A DNA stretch of 47,166 nt from positions 1 to 47,166 of the IMG/VR virus record IMGVR_UViG_3300027877_000008. One strand, 5' to 3'. Both the position numbers and the translations under genes were made by a program. Numbering within the stretch: the first letter of the stretch is position 1; the number at the start of each line of letters is the position of its first letter. Source of the DNA: a virus (taxonomy: Duplodnaviria > Caudoviricetes). The notes below the pieces were generated by a model. The model saw only the letters and a list, made by a program, of their open reading frames with translations. It searched no databases and was not told where the DNA came from. Of the stretch, positions 17,680-27,367 are shown piece after piece.

Positions 17680-19841
17680 TGACTAGGCTTCACCGATTAT
17701 ATCGTCGTCATTTTCAAGCTGCTGTAAATGTAATTGATGAACCTGAAAATAGACAACCCAGTGGTAAGGATGAATTAAGTTACCCAGCAAAATATCCTCA
17801 GAGTGAAGAACCAGATAATCAAAACTCATTCCCTGAGTTAGATTTCGGTCATACCCGACGAATAGAAGGGGCTGAGCATACTAGTGCTATTATTGCACTT
17901 AAGCCTTCACTAGATGCCGCTACTCAACTACAAAATGCTTATCCTGATATAGATATTGATCCAGACGAATTACATGTGACAATCATCTATTTAGGTAAGG
18001 GACTAAATAGTGAAGATATCGATCATTTATGTGAATTAATAAGTCCTATCTGTGATGCCCACCAGCCATTAGAATGTCATACTCAAGGATTAGGTATTTT
18101 CGACCATGTTGATGATGATGGTCGCCCTTTTTATGCAAGTGTAGACGCACCTGGGTTAGCTGCTCTATATGTTGACTTAAAACGTATTCTAACTGATGCG
18201 GGCATCGATCTTCCATCGGATCATGATTTTACGCCACATATGACTATAGGGTATGTAGACCCAGGGGATATCTCAATAATTGACGGATCACCATGTATTC
18301 ATTGGATTTCTGATGAAATTATAATTATGTCTGGTGATGAACACATCACGATGAAATTGGGAGGACTTCCTAAGGAAGCATCTGGATTTGGATATTCTTT
18401 AAATGAGATTATTACTCCTAGTAAAGGCCAAGGATTCACTGATAACCCAGCTGATAATCATCAGACTGAAAATATTAGTGAAGATCCTGATTTAAAATTA
18501 GGAGAAGTTGAAGAACCATATTCTTCTGATCAGGGCCCTATAAATTTTCGATTCGAGAACGATCCAGAAGATAATATTGTTAAGGGAGCATCAATTTATC
18601 GAAAACTGATAGCCTCAGTGGGTAATATCCAACGATTATTGGGGTATGATAAGGAAACAGCTAATTATATTCATGAGCGATTCCCACATAATGATTTTGC
18701 GGCGGCAAAAATTATCGATTTGTTAGGACAGCACCATGAGAAAGATGTTTGGCATCACGTCGATCCAGATCCATCAATATCATCTATATATAATCCATGG
18801 ATTGGTGGTATATCAGCTATTAAAGCTTATATTGATGAGAATCCACATGCAATATTGGTTGATCTAATGAATCCTAATATACCATCAAACAAAGTTAAAT
18901 TTATTAATAATTTTAATGGAGGTTGGGAACAATTAGAATATCAATATTACGATAAGTTTACGACTCTAGATCAATCTGAAGTGATATTACAATTCCAAGA
19001 TGGATTTAAGTGGGTTAAAGTACCTTCTTGTGATTATAGTTCGATGGCCAGTGTGATGCAACATTGTACCGAATTTGCTGGTGATATTTATTCATTACGC
19101 GATTCACAGAATAAACCACATGTAACTGCAGATGTAAGTGGTGGAAGTTTAATACAAATTCAAGGTAAACAAAATACTTTACCAGATCAAAAATACTGGC
19201 CTTATATTAAGGAATTAGTCAATAAATTAGATATTGGATTTAGCGCATTTATATACTCAGAGATACAAAAATTAGTACCTGGACGGTCTTCACCCCATAG
19301 TGTGAAGGAAGAATTTATTCGCGGTAATTATCAACCTTTATTAGATGCATCTAATGGTGTTAAAGACGCTATCATTAATGATCCAGCCGGCGTTAGTTAC
19401 GATGTTCTTATGGCTCTAGTAAGAGATCCATCGGCACATATTAGAGAGGAAGTGGCTCTTAAAGCCCATGATGAGATAGCGACCTTACTATTAAATGATC
19501 CAGCTGCTGATGTTCGTATGGCATTGAGTAGCAATCCGACACTATCATCTAGTATAATTGATATTTTGGCTAAAGATTCCAACTATAATGTGCGCGCGCG
19601 GGCTACTATACATCCTAATATATCACAAAATGTACTTCAACAACTATCAAAAGATCAAAATAAGACGGTAGCTGAATCGGCAATTGAACGATTAAATCAA
19701 TTAAATCCACAAGATAAACAATCTGTTGCCATTCCTGATTCTGGTAGTATTGATCAGAATAGTTATACTGATGGAGATAATACTCGCCAAGACCGCAGTA
19801 TTCCTCGTTCACCCAACAAAGAAACACTAATGTACACGTGA
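17679..19841 (+). CDS. Fusion protein: 2H phosphoesterase (2'-5' RNA ligase-like), PcfJ-like domain and LRV/HEAT-like repeats
   Basis: Two HxT motifs (LHVTIIYLG, PHMTIGY); MQHC...IYSLRD..NKPHVT...QIQGKQN; LxxDxxxxVR repeats. TAATG coupling to terL gives the 17679 start. Confidence 0.8.
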   Translation: MTRLHRLYRRHFQAAVNVIDEPENRQPSGKDELSYPAKYPQSEEPDNQNSFPELDFGHTRRIEGAEHTSAIIALKPSLDAATQLQNAYPDIDIDPDELHVTIIYLGKGLNSEDIDHLCELISPICDAHQPLECHTQGLGIFDHVDDDGRPFYASVDAPGLAALYVDLKRILTDAGIDLPSDHDFTPHMTIGYVDPGDISIIDGSPCIHWISDEIIIMSGDEHITMKLGGLPKEASGFGYSLNEIITPSKGQGFTDNPADNHQTENISEDPDLKLGEVEEPYSSDQGPINFRFENDPEDNIVKGASIYRKLIASVGNIQRLLGYDKETANYIHERFPHNDFAAAKIIDLLGQHHEKDVWHHVDPDPSISSIYNPWIGGISAIKAYIDENPHAILVDLMNPNIPSNKVKFINNFNGGWEQLEYQYYDKFTTLDQSEVILQFQDGFKWVKVPSCDYSSMASVMQHCTEFAGDIYSLRDSQNKPHVTADVSGGSLIQIQGKQNTLPDQKYWPYIKELVNKLDIGFSAFIYSEIQKLVPGRSSPHSVKEEFIRGNYQPLLDASNGVKDAIINDPAGVSYDVLMALVRDPSAHIREEVALKAHDEIATLLLNDPAADVRMALSSNPTLSSSIIDILAKDSNYNVRARATIHPNISQNVLQQLSKDQNKTVAESAIERLNQLNPQDKQSVAIPDSGSIDQNSYTDGDNTRQDRSIPRSPNKETLMYT

Positions 19842-19878
19842 TAGACTCTAGTGTGCTCTCTGAATTGACTATTCGACC

Positions 19879-22224
19879 ATGATTGAGGTTTATAATAGGT
19901 ACGCCAATGTGCGTAAAGAAGTAAGTCTAGCACCGGCTGCACATGGACTAGCTGGTCATGAGATTGAGCGACTTCACTCTAGAATGAGTGAATTTGCGCC
20001 TCAACTAGCTCAAATTGGACCGGCTAATCGTTTCCGTACTCTTTTTGATGAATCATTACCAGAAGGTGCATCTTGGACACCGACACGTTTAGCTCAATCA
20101 TTCGGTATGGGGGGTAATCCTGGTGGTGGACGTACGATGGTGACCCAACAAACGCCCTATCAACCAGAATTTGCTAGTCCTGACCGACAACAATATCCAG
20201 TTCACCGTATTTTAGCCAATCGTTATTGGCGTCTGTTTTTTAAATTAGATCCAGTGGTCGGGAATTGTATTGAATTATATTCTGATCTTCCATGGTCTAA
20301 TTTCGAATTAACTGGGGAGGGTGTTGAAGGTGATGTTAGGAACGCTTATGAGGATATGTGTCGTGAGAGTCAAGTACTCGCGATGCTTCCTTATTTCGTC
20401 CGCGAATTTCTAGTAGTAGGTGAGTGCATACCGCATACCTTCTTTGATAATGAGCGCGGTATTTTTACATATATCGCAATGCATAATCCGGATCAATTAG
20501 AAGTGATCGACGCGCCGTTCATTAAGATGGATCCAATACTTGAGTTTATCCCAGATGATCGGCTTCGCGCTGTACTTTCTGCTCATCAACCTTCACTACA
20601 AAAGATTAGAGATCGGATTCCACCGGAGTTACTAAGTAGATTACAGAGTCGACAGAACATTCCTCTATCGCCGATTAACGCAACGTTTATTCCCCGTAAG
20701 TTGCATCCGTATGATACCAGAGGAACTTCGATTCTTAGCCGTCTATGGCGAGTATTAATGTTAGAAGATGCTATTTTTAATGCGACAATTCAGACCGCTC
20801 GGCGTCATGCGGCTCCTATTAAAGTTGCAAAATTAGGTAATGCTGCAACTGGGTGGATCCCTCCTCCCGAACAGGAAAAGCGTTTACTAGAACTACTTGC
20901 TCAGGCAGAACAAGATCCTAATGCTTGGTTAGTATATCACTATGGGATTCAGTTCGATACTGTCGGTACAACAGATCGCATTATGTCAGTTAACCGAGAG
21001 TGGGACATCATAGAGCGTATTAAATTAGTAGCACTCGGTATTAGTAAGTCCTTCCTACACGGTGAAGTAAGTTATGCATCTAGTGCCACTGGACTTCAGG
21101 TCTTCTTACAGAGGCTGAAGTCCATGCGCATGTTTTTTGAGCAAAAATGGCTCTATCCTAAGTTTTTTAGACCAATTGCTCAAATTAATGGATGGATTAA
21201 ACCTAAGCCAAGTGAACTTGCTCATCGTTTCCGAATTAAACGTTCACAACGTGAATTACAAGAGGAAAATCGCTATATTGTACCTAGGATTGTCTGGGAC
21301 AAAAGTCTTGATCCACAGATTAATACTTCATTAATTCAAGCCATGCAGGCGTTAGAAGCTTTAGGAGTGAAATTTTCTAAGACCTCTAAAATGGCCACTG
21401 TTGGATATTCTTATGAGGAAGAAAGTAAGAAGATTCATCGGGAGATAGAATTCGAAAAGACTTTCCTACCGAAGCCTCCTGAAGATATTCAAGAAGGTGA
21501 GGCACCCGGAGGTGCCCCAATGGTTGGCGGTGAACCACCTCTGCCTCCAGGCGGAGGACCAGATACTGCTCCTCAAGGTGGACCTGGCGGTGAGCCCCTT
21601 CCTCCAACCGGTAGTCCGAGTAAGGCTCCTCCCGGAGCTGGTGGGAAAATTACTCCAGGTATTAATCCTCCCCCAGCGGCCTCTAAAATAGAGGCCGACA
21701 ATGACCCTACTAAACAATCAACAACTAACTCATCTCAACCATCGTTAAAATCAAAGATTTGGACCGATGATAAATATGGTAATTGGACAGCAACTGAAGT
21801 AAATAATCTTATTGATCTTATTAATACATGTGATACTGAAGATGCATTTTGGGCAAAATTAGGAACTGAACGTGAATTTAAACAAGCGGTGTTGTCTAAT
21901 GATCGTGCGGCGGTGTGGTCATCAATCGATCGTTATTTAGAAGATGAAGGTTATCCAGATTCTGACATTAAGGAACTTCAGACAATTTTAGAAGCAGAAG
22001 GTATTATTATTCCATCTGAGTCACTACAGACATTAGAGCGTATTGAGAACTCACTTTCTGATAATATTGAACAGTCAACAGATGATGAATTTATTGCAAA
22101 GGTTCAACAGGCCATAGTTGCCCGAGGTCCTCTTGTTCCTATAAACGATACATTTCTTTCTGGTATAGAATCTACTACCCCCAGGAGCCATTTAGATGGT
22201 AATTTGACTCCACACGAGTCATAA
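19879..22224 (+). CDS. Portal protein with Pro/Gly-rich linker and C-terminal extension
   Basis: DPVVGNCIELYSDLPWS, RGTSILSR and ALGISKSFLHGEVSYAS are portal-like blocks; lies between TerL and the protease. Confidence 0.88.
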   Translation: MIEVYNRYANVRKEVSLAPAAHGLAGHEIERLHSRMSEFAPQLAQIGPANRFRTLFDESLPEGASWTPTRLAQSFGMGGNPGGGRTMVTQQTPYQPEFASPDRQQYPVHRILANRYWRLFFKLDPVVGNCIELYSDLPWSNFELTGEGVEGDVRNAYEDMCRESQVLAMLPYFVREFLVVGECIPHTFFDNERGIFTYIAMHNPDQLEVIDAPFIKMDPILEFIPDDRLRAVLSAHQPSLQKIRDRIPPELLSRLQSRQNIPLSPINATFIPRKLHPYDTRGTSILSRLWRVLMLEDAIFNATIQTARRHAAPIKVAKLGNAATGWIPPPEQEKRLLELLAQAEQDPNAWLVYHYGIQFDTVGTTDRIMSVNREWDIIERIKLVALGISKSFLHGEVSYASSATGLQVFLQRLKSMRMFFEQKWLYPKFFRPIAQINGWIKPKPSELAHRFRIKRSQRELQEENRYIVPRIVWDKSLDPQINTSLIQAMQALEALGVKFSKTSKMATVGYSYEEESKKIHREIEFEKTFLPKPPEDIQEGEAPGGAPMVGGEPPLPPGGGPDTAPQGGPGGEPLPPTGSPSKAPPGAGGKITPGINPPPAASKIEADNDPTKQSTTNSSQPSLKSKIWTDDKYGNWTATEVNNLIDLINTCDTEDAFWAKLGTEREFKQAVLSNDRAAVWSSIDRYLEDEGYPDSDIKELQTILEAEGIIIPSESLQTLERIENSLSDNIEQSTDDEFIAKVQQAIVARGPLVPINDTFLSGIESTTPRSHLDGNLTPHES

Positions 22225-22283
22225 ACAACAGTTATATACCTAACCAGATTTAACATTATACTATATTTCAATAGGGGAGTACC

Positions 22284-22421
22284 ATGGGGTTCTCAAAAAG
22301 CGGGGTAGCGCAGTCACTTGGATCGGTACAAGTTCCAATTGATCCACAGACACCTAAACCAGCTAATTCGAAGAATATTAAGGATAATTCTTCTCAGCCT
22401 AGTAAAACTACAAATAAGTAG
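22284..22421 (+). CDS. Unannotated 45-aa peptide (MGFSKSGVAQSLG...)
   Basis: GGGGAG RBS, open frame ending 8 bp before the protease gene; below the ORF-track size cut-off. Confidence 0.6.
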   Translation: MGFSKSGVAQSLGSVQVPIDPQTPKPANSKNIKDNSSQPSKTTNK

Positions 22422-22429
22422 GATAATAT

Positions 22430-25400
22430 ATGTTTATTAAGAACGCTCGGGTACCTATTATTGCATTAGCTGAGGGGAGATTTAGCCCTAGTACCGATGG
22501 TTTATTATTTAAGCGTCGTGCATCAGTTAAAACTGCTTCGTTTTACCAGGAGAATGCACAGCAATTAGACATTAAAACAGCGCTGGCCCTAACTGCTAGT
22601 GAGTATGATATATCTAATGATCCAAAAGATTATATCTTTGAGGCTGTACGAGCAGTGACAGCTGAGATCCCAAACGAAAATGGAGATGGATTTCCTCGCA
22701 ATGAACTTCTACGATTTGACCATCGGTTAGGTAAAGCTGTATACCAGACTTTTATCGGAAAACCTCACCAGATTAATCATAGGGCTGACAATCCGAAGAC
22801 TGCTCGTGGGGTAGTGCTCGATGCATCCTATAATGATTTATCACCTGCTATGGAGAATTGTCCTGCTTGCAATAATCGAACAGCTTCTCCAGAGGGTAGA
22901 GATTCGATTGGTATTAACTGCATTAAATGTGGTACTACTGTAAAGGATGAGTTTGTAGAATTACTTTTAGCTATAGATACTCGTAAAGATCCAACATTTG
23001 CGGATGGTGTACGCACTGGAGCCCTTGATTCTCTGAGTATGGGTTGTGAAGCAGGATACACAGATTGTTCAATTTGTGATAATCGTGCTCGATCTGCAGC
23101 TCAATTTTGTGAACATATTCGTGGGGGCAACAAGAAGAAGAGCTTTAAGACCGCTTCTGGTCAGGAACGTATGGCTTTTGAGAAGTGTGGTGATGTAGTT
23201 TTTACTGAGATTTCTCGGGTTGACCAGCCCGCAGATCCCAAGGCCAAACAGCAAGAAGTACTAAAGATAGCTGGTCTACCATTAGCGGTTGAATCTGAAA
23301 TGTTAATTATGAACGCCCGCCTAGCTAAGTTAGAACAAATGAGTAAGATCGCACAGGTGGCTAAAGGTTATTATTATGGTCCAGCGGAAGAATTATATTG
23401 GAATGATGGTAAAGATAATTGGTCAGAGTGGAGTGATCAGTCAAATAGTTGGTCACCAATAGATTTAGATGAGTCTGACACCGACTTATTTCCGGTTGGT
23501 AATGCTGGCGGTTTGCCTCGACCGCCGAGTTCACCTCCATTTATTGGACAAGCCCAAGCTCAACCAGGTGATCCTGAAGTAGTCCCACAGGTGCCATTTA
23601 AGAACATTGCAGAATCTATTCGTTGGGCGGAATCTTCTATCCATAAATTAAAGGCTGAGATGCGTCGTCTTGCTTCTGAAAAGAACAATAAGCAACGTGA
23701 AGCTGCAGGATCTAGTCGTCCATTTTATGCTTGGGAGAGCGCCACCTATGATGCTCAAATTAAGGCAAATCGACAATTTGTCTCTCGTCTAGAGGATTAT
23801 GTAACTAAAGCGCGTGAGATGCAGGCTGCTGGAACCCCCTGGGAGAAGGGATTGACTCGTCAAATGTCTCGATTTTTCGCTAGTAAAGAGGGTCAGGCTA
23901 TTGATGAAGTTAGACAACAGACTGATCAGTTGGAGCAGTTGAAGGTGATGCATCCTGAAATGACTCAGCAGATTGATCAACTTTCTGGACAGAGTGATGT
24001 TCCTGAGCCTATGTCCATTGATGATTATACTAAGAAGCATGAAGAATCCTTTGATCAAAACATGACGCTAGGTGAGATGGGCATGAAACCAGATGATCAG
24101 TCTGGGTTAGCGTTACCGGTTAATGTCAGCGCCGGGAAGGCCATTGATGAGAAGATTGCGGCTGACTTTGACGCTTTAATAGATACTGTGAAGGAGAATA
24201 ATGTGGGAGCAACCCAGGATTTTGCTGATTCTTATAAGCATCTAGAAGCAACAGTTACAGGTACTGGTAATGTGAAGGTGCACACTGCTGCCGGGACATT
24301 ATTCGTAGTACGACCTACTAATCGCCCAACAACTAAGGAAGCGGCGGCGGAGGTTGCCCGCGAGGTATTAGCTAGTATTGCTTCTGATGGATTAGTAGGC
24401 GCTGTTGCTAAGTATGATGCGATCGTTGGCCCTAAGGCTGCACAGGTCTTAGAACATCATTTAGAAGATTTCGCTGGTGGTCGAGAAAAGGGTGATACTA
24501 AAGGTATGCCAGAAGGTGGATTAGTTGACCATCAAGATGATCGTTCTAAACCAGAGAAGTCGATGGTTGGTGAGGAATACACCGATCGTAAGGATGAGAC
24601 ACGGGAACATCGGGATCAGTCTAATTCTGATGTACTAGAGAAGCACCAGCCTGATCATAAGGAATCGCTACCAAGCGGTTTGATTCCTATGACTGAGAAG
24701 GAGTATTCAGATATGGCTGACGGGCACGGTAGGCCGTCCAAGACTACTTTAAAGCATACCATGGTTGATTTTAAAGATAAGCAACCAAAGAGCGCTCGTG
24801 CACCTATTAGTCGCTTAGCTCAGTCAACTAGTCCAACTTTACTATCATTTAAGGCAAATGATCAATTTGCTATTTATGAGTTTAGTGATGGTACTAAGTT
24901 ATTTGAAGATAGTGTTGGTGGTGGTGCGGTATTAGTTAAGTCAGACGGTACTCGTGAAGAATTATATGGTGTAACCGATAGCCTATATGATACTGTGATA
25001 GTAAATACTAAAATTCAAAAACAGCCAATAACACCAGCGGATGAGCAAGAATTAGATACGGTATTTGGGTTTGATGATAAGCAACCAAAGGGGGCAAGTA
25101 AGAGAGCTCAGGCGTTGCAGGTTGTAGACTTCTCGGTGAATGATGACTACGATAGTGTGGTAACATTCAGTGATGGTACAACCTGCAAGGGTAATGAAGA
25201 AGGTGGTCGTTGGATGGAATTTGATGGCCCACTTGGTCATCAGGAGTATAATGCTAGAACTGGTACAACCTTAGATGGTAAACCTGGGCAATACAATCAA
25301 CATTACAAAATGATTATGAAGTCATATGAAACACATGGTGGTCCTGGTTACTTACCTGGAATTAAGCAACCAAAGGGCGCAAATAAGAGAGCACAGGTAG

Positions 25401-26539
25401 CTAATGGCGGTAAATATTTAATTGATTCTGATGGTGAAGTATATATAATTAGTAACGGTAAATATTGGATCTGGGATGAGGCACATGTCAGTTGGATGGG
25501 TCCATATCTGGATGATCATAGTAAGGATTGGGAGTCAATGCAAAGTACGGACCAGTTCCCTGAAGATCCAGTCGATATTGATCATCGACGGTCAGGTCCG
25601 CCGTCAGATCCAGATGGATTTAGTAATAAGATCTCAATGGATGTATGCGCTAATGAAATGTGTTCAATGCACTCTAGCAAGAAGGGAGCTGGCGATGACT
25701 GTAGCTGTGCTCCTAATTGTGGTTGTCAGTGTGGTTGTAAGTGTGCGGGTTCCCATAAGGCTCAAGGGGTACCCAACGCTCCAGCAGTTCCAGGTCAGCA
25801 GCCTTCCATCCAGCAGCCTTCCATCCAGCAACCAGGTATGGTGGCCCCACTAACCCAGCCAATGGCCCCACTAACCCAGCCAATGGCACCAACGGCTAAT
25901 AAACAGGCTAGATTAGACGATAGCGCTAAGAAGTATATGTCTAGAGTAGAGCGTTTATATAAAAATCGTTTGGCACAGTCTGAAGCAACTGCTAAGGATC
26001 AGTATGTGAAGGCGCGGTCAGTGGCCGTTAAGGATGTTACGGCACGTATTCTCCGTGCCCTACATTTAGTAGCGAAGCGCCAACAACTTAATTTAGAAGA
26101 GTCTGCCATTAAGAGCGCCATGTTTGATGTACTCACTAGGCAGGCAGATCTTGATGCTGACACCTTTTATCCTGGTATGGACGAGAGTACTGCTGCTCAT
26201 ATTGTTGAGGCTACTTCTAATGAAGGTCTAGGTAAGTTTGTTGATTCGTTACTAAAGCGTGCTTCTGAGTTTATGGATATGAATGAGGACGCACTTACTG
26301 CCTTAGAAAATGACATCAAGCATCTGCGCCCTATGGCGGTAAACGTGCAGGCCAGTGCTGTTCGGGTGGCCTCACGTCAAGATATCCGCAAGCAGGCGGC
26401 GAATGGTAATCTAGTAATCGCTCCTACTGCGACTGAGTCATCTATTTCTAGAAATGGAAGTAGAGATACCATTAGGTCAGCTTTAGGTTCTACAAAGGTA
26501 TCTAGAACTTCTAAATTTGTTAGTAGTAATAAGGGCTAA
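22430..26539 (+). CDS. Prohead maturation protease fused to cargo-like modules and scaffold (1369 aa)
   Basis: N-terminal NENGDGFP, TFIGKPHQINH, LSMGC...CSIC...CEH and EISRVDQPAD protease blocks; coiled-coil C-terminus; directly upstream of the decoration and capsid genes. Confidence 0.85.
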   Translation: MFIKNARVPIIALAEGRFSPSTDGLLFKRRASVKTASFYQENAQQLDIKTALALTASEYDISNDPKDYIFEAVRAVTAEIPNENGDGFPRNELLRFDHRLGKAVYQTFIGKPHQINHRADNPKTARGVVLDASYNDLSPAMENCPACNNRTASPEGRDSIGINCIKCGTTVKDEFVELLLAIDTRKDPTFADGVRTGALDSLSMGCEAGYTDCSICDNRARSAAQFCEHIRGGNKKKSFKTASGQERMAFEKCGDVVFTEISRVDQPADPKAKQQEVLKIAGLPLAVESEMLIMNARLAKLEQMSKIAQVAKGYYYGPAEELYWNDGKDNWSEWSDQSNSWSPIDLDESDTDLFPVGNAGGLPRPPSSPPFIGQAQAQPGDPEVVPQVPFKNIAESIRWAESSIHKLKAEMRRLASEKNNKQREAAGSSRPFYAWESATYDAQIKANRQFVSRLEDYVTKAREMQAAGTPWEKGLTRQMSRFFASKEGQAIDEVRQQTDQLEQLKVMHPEMTQQIDQLSGQSDVPEPMSIDDYTKKHEESFDQNMTLGEMGMKPDDQSGLALPVNVSAGKAIDEKIAADFDALIDTVKENNVGATQDFADSYKHLEATVTGTGNVKVHTAAGTLFVVRPTNRPTTKEAAAEVAREVLASIASDGLVGAVAKYDAIVGPKAAQVLEHHLEDFAGGREKGDTKGMPEGGLVDHQDDRSKPEKSMVGEEYTDRKDETREHRDQSNSDVLEKHQPDHKESLPSGLIPMTEKEYSDMADGHGRPSKTTLKHTMVDFKDKQPKSARAPISRLAQSTSPTLLSFKANDQFAIYEFSDGTKLFEDSVGGGAVLVKSDGTREELYGVTDSLYDTVIVNTKIQKQPITPADEQELDTVFGFDDKQPKGASKRAQALQVVDFSVNDDYDSVVTFSDGTTCKGNEEGGRWMEFDGPLGHQEYNARTGTTLDGKPGQYNQHYKMIMKSYETHGGPGYLPGIKQPKGANKRAQVANGGKYLIDSDGEVYIISNGKYWIWDEAHVSWMGPYLDDHSKDWESMQSTDQFPEDPVDIDHRRSGPPSDPDGFSNKISMDVCANEMCSMHSSKKGAGDDCSCAPNCGCQCGCKCAGSHKAQGVPNAPAVPGQQPSIQQPSIQQPGMVAPLTQPMAPLTQPMAPTANKQARLDDSAKKYMSRVERLYKNRLAQSEATAKDQYVKARSVAVKDVTARILRALHLVAKRQQLNLEESAIKSAMFDVLTRQADLDADTFYPGMDESTAAHIVEATSNEGLGKFVDSLLKRASEFMDMNEDALTALENDIKHLRPMAVNVQASAVRVASRQDIRKQAANGNLVIAPTATESSISRNGSRDTIRSALGSTKVSRTSKFVSSNKG
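24778..25396 (+). repeat. Three linker repeats TAAGCAACCAAAG... (24778, 25078, 25363) encoding KQPK...[K/R]xAQ
   Basis: Spacing of 300 and 285 bp with different sequence in between. Confidence 0.9.
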
Positions 26540-26557
26540 TTGGCCTAGGAGAACACG

Positions 26558-27340
26558 ATGGGTTCTGTCGGACTTGGAAATAACGCCAACCTTGGCGCTT
26601 TCAACAATCGAATCTTTCCAGAGGGCCTAGATCTGGGACGTTGCCAGATTAAAGAAGCCCTGGGTGTCTATGTGGCTGACCCGGCTAATACTTTCCGGGC
26701 TGGTATGATCGTGATGCAGAATGCCTCAGGATTAATAGTTCCATCCGATGGCGTTAATGTGTTAGGTGTGGCAAAATGGAATCATACTACTAGTATGTAT
26801 GCGGCTGTGGTTGATGAGCCGGTTGTACTTAATGGTACTACAGCATCCAATTTAAAGCATGCTCTAGTTTCAAACGTACGTGTATCCTCAGCGATTGCTG
26901 GTGGTGGCACCACATATACAGTAACTACGGATTACACTGTAAATGCGACTAATGGTACTGTTACTCGTGTTGGCGGTGGTGCCATTTCTGATGGTCAGAC
27001 TGTATATGTATCATATACTTTTCAGATTCCAGAAGCCGATCTATTACAGCTTCAGGGTAAGAATTTCTGGAATACGACCGATGAGGTATCTCAGGCAGAT
27101 AGTCGTGTTACCGTAATTACTGACGCAGAATTACTTTTCACCACCCAGTATGATACTTCTAAGGTCTATTCTATAACCGGCGCTACTAGTAATCTATACG
27201 CTTCTACGGCACAACCTGGGTTGTTTACTACTGACACTGCTGGTTCAGCTAAATATGTTGGCCGTGTATTTCAAGTACCCACCGCCGCTGACCCATTTCT
27301 CGGTCTACGATTCGTAAAGACCCCGCTTATTGGGACCTAA
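26558..27340 (+). CDS. Capsid decoration/cement-like protein with an inserted beta domain
   Basis: AGGAG RBS; G/T/V-rich, DYTVNATNGTVTR; lies between scaffold and MCP. Confidence 0.7.
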   Translation: MGSVGLGNNANLGAFNNRIFPEGLDLGRCQIKEALGVYVADPANTFRAGMIVMQNASGLIVPSDGVNVLGVAKWNHTTSMYAAVVDEPVVLNGTTASNLKHALVSNVRVSSAIAGGGTTYTVTTDYTVNATNGTVTRVGGGAISDGQTVYVSYTFQIPEADLLQLQGKNFWNTTDEVSQADSRVTVITDAELLFTTQYDTSKVYSITGATSNLYASTAQPGLFTTDTAGSAKYVGRVFQVPTAADPFLGLRFVKTPLIGT

Positions 27341-27367
27341 TTAGTTTAGTATAAATTGGAGATAACA

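Noticed and set aside
15667-26539. Inteins in the terminase, portal or the oversized protease
   Set aside because: No C-terminal HN-C/S/T splice junctions paired with intein blocks and no LAGLIDADG motifs were recognised; the extra length is explained by modules and linkers
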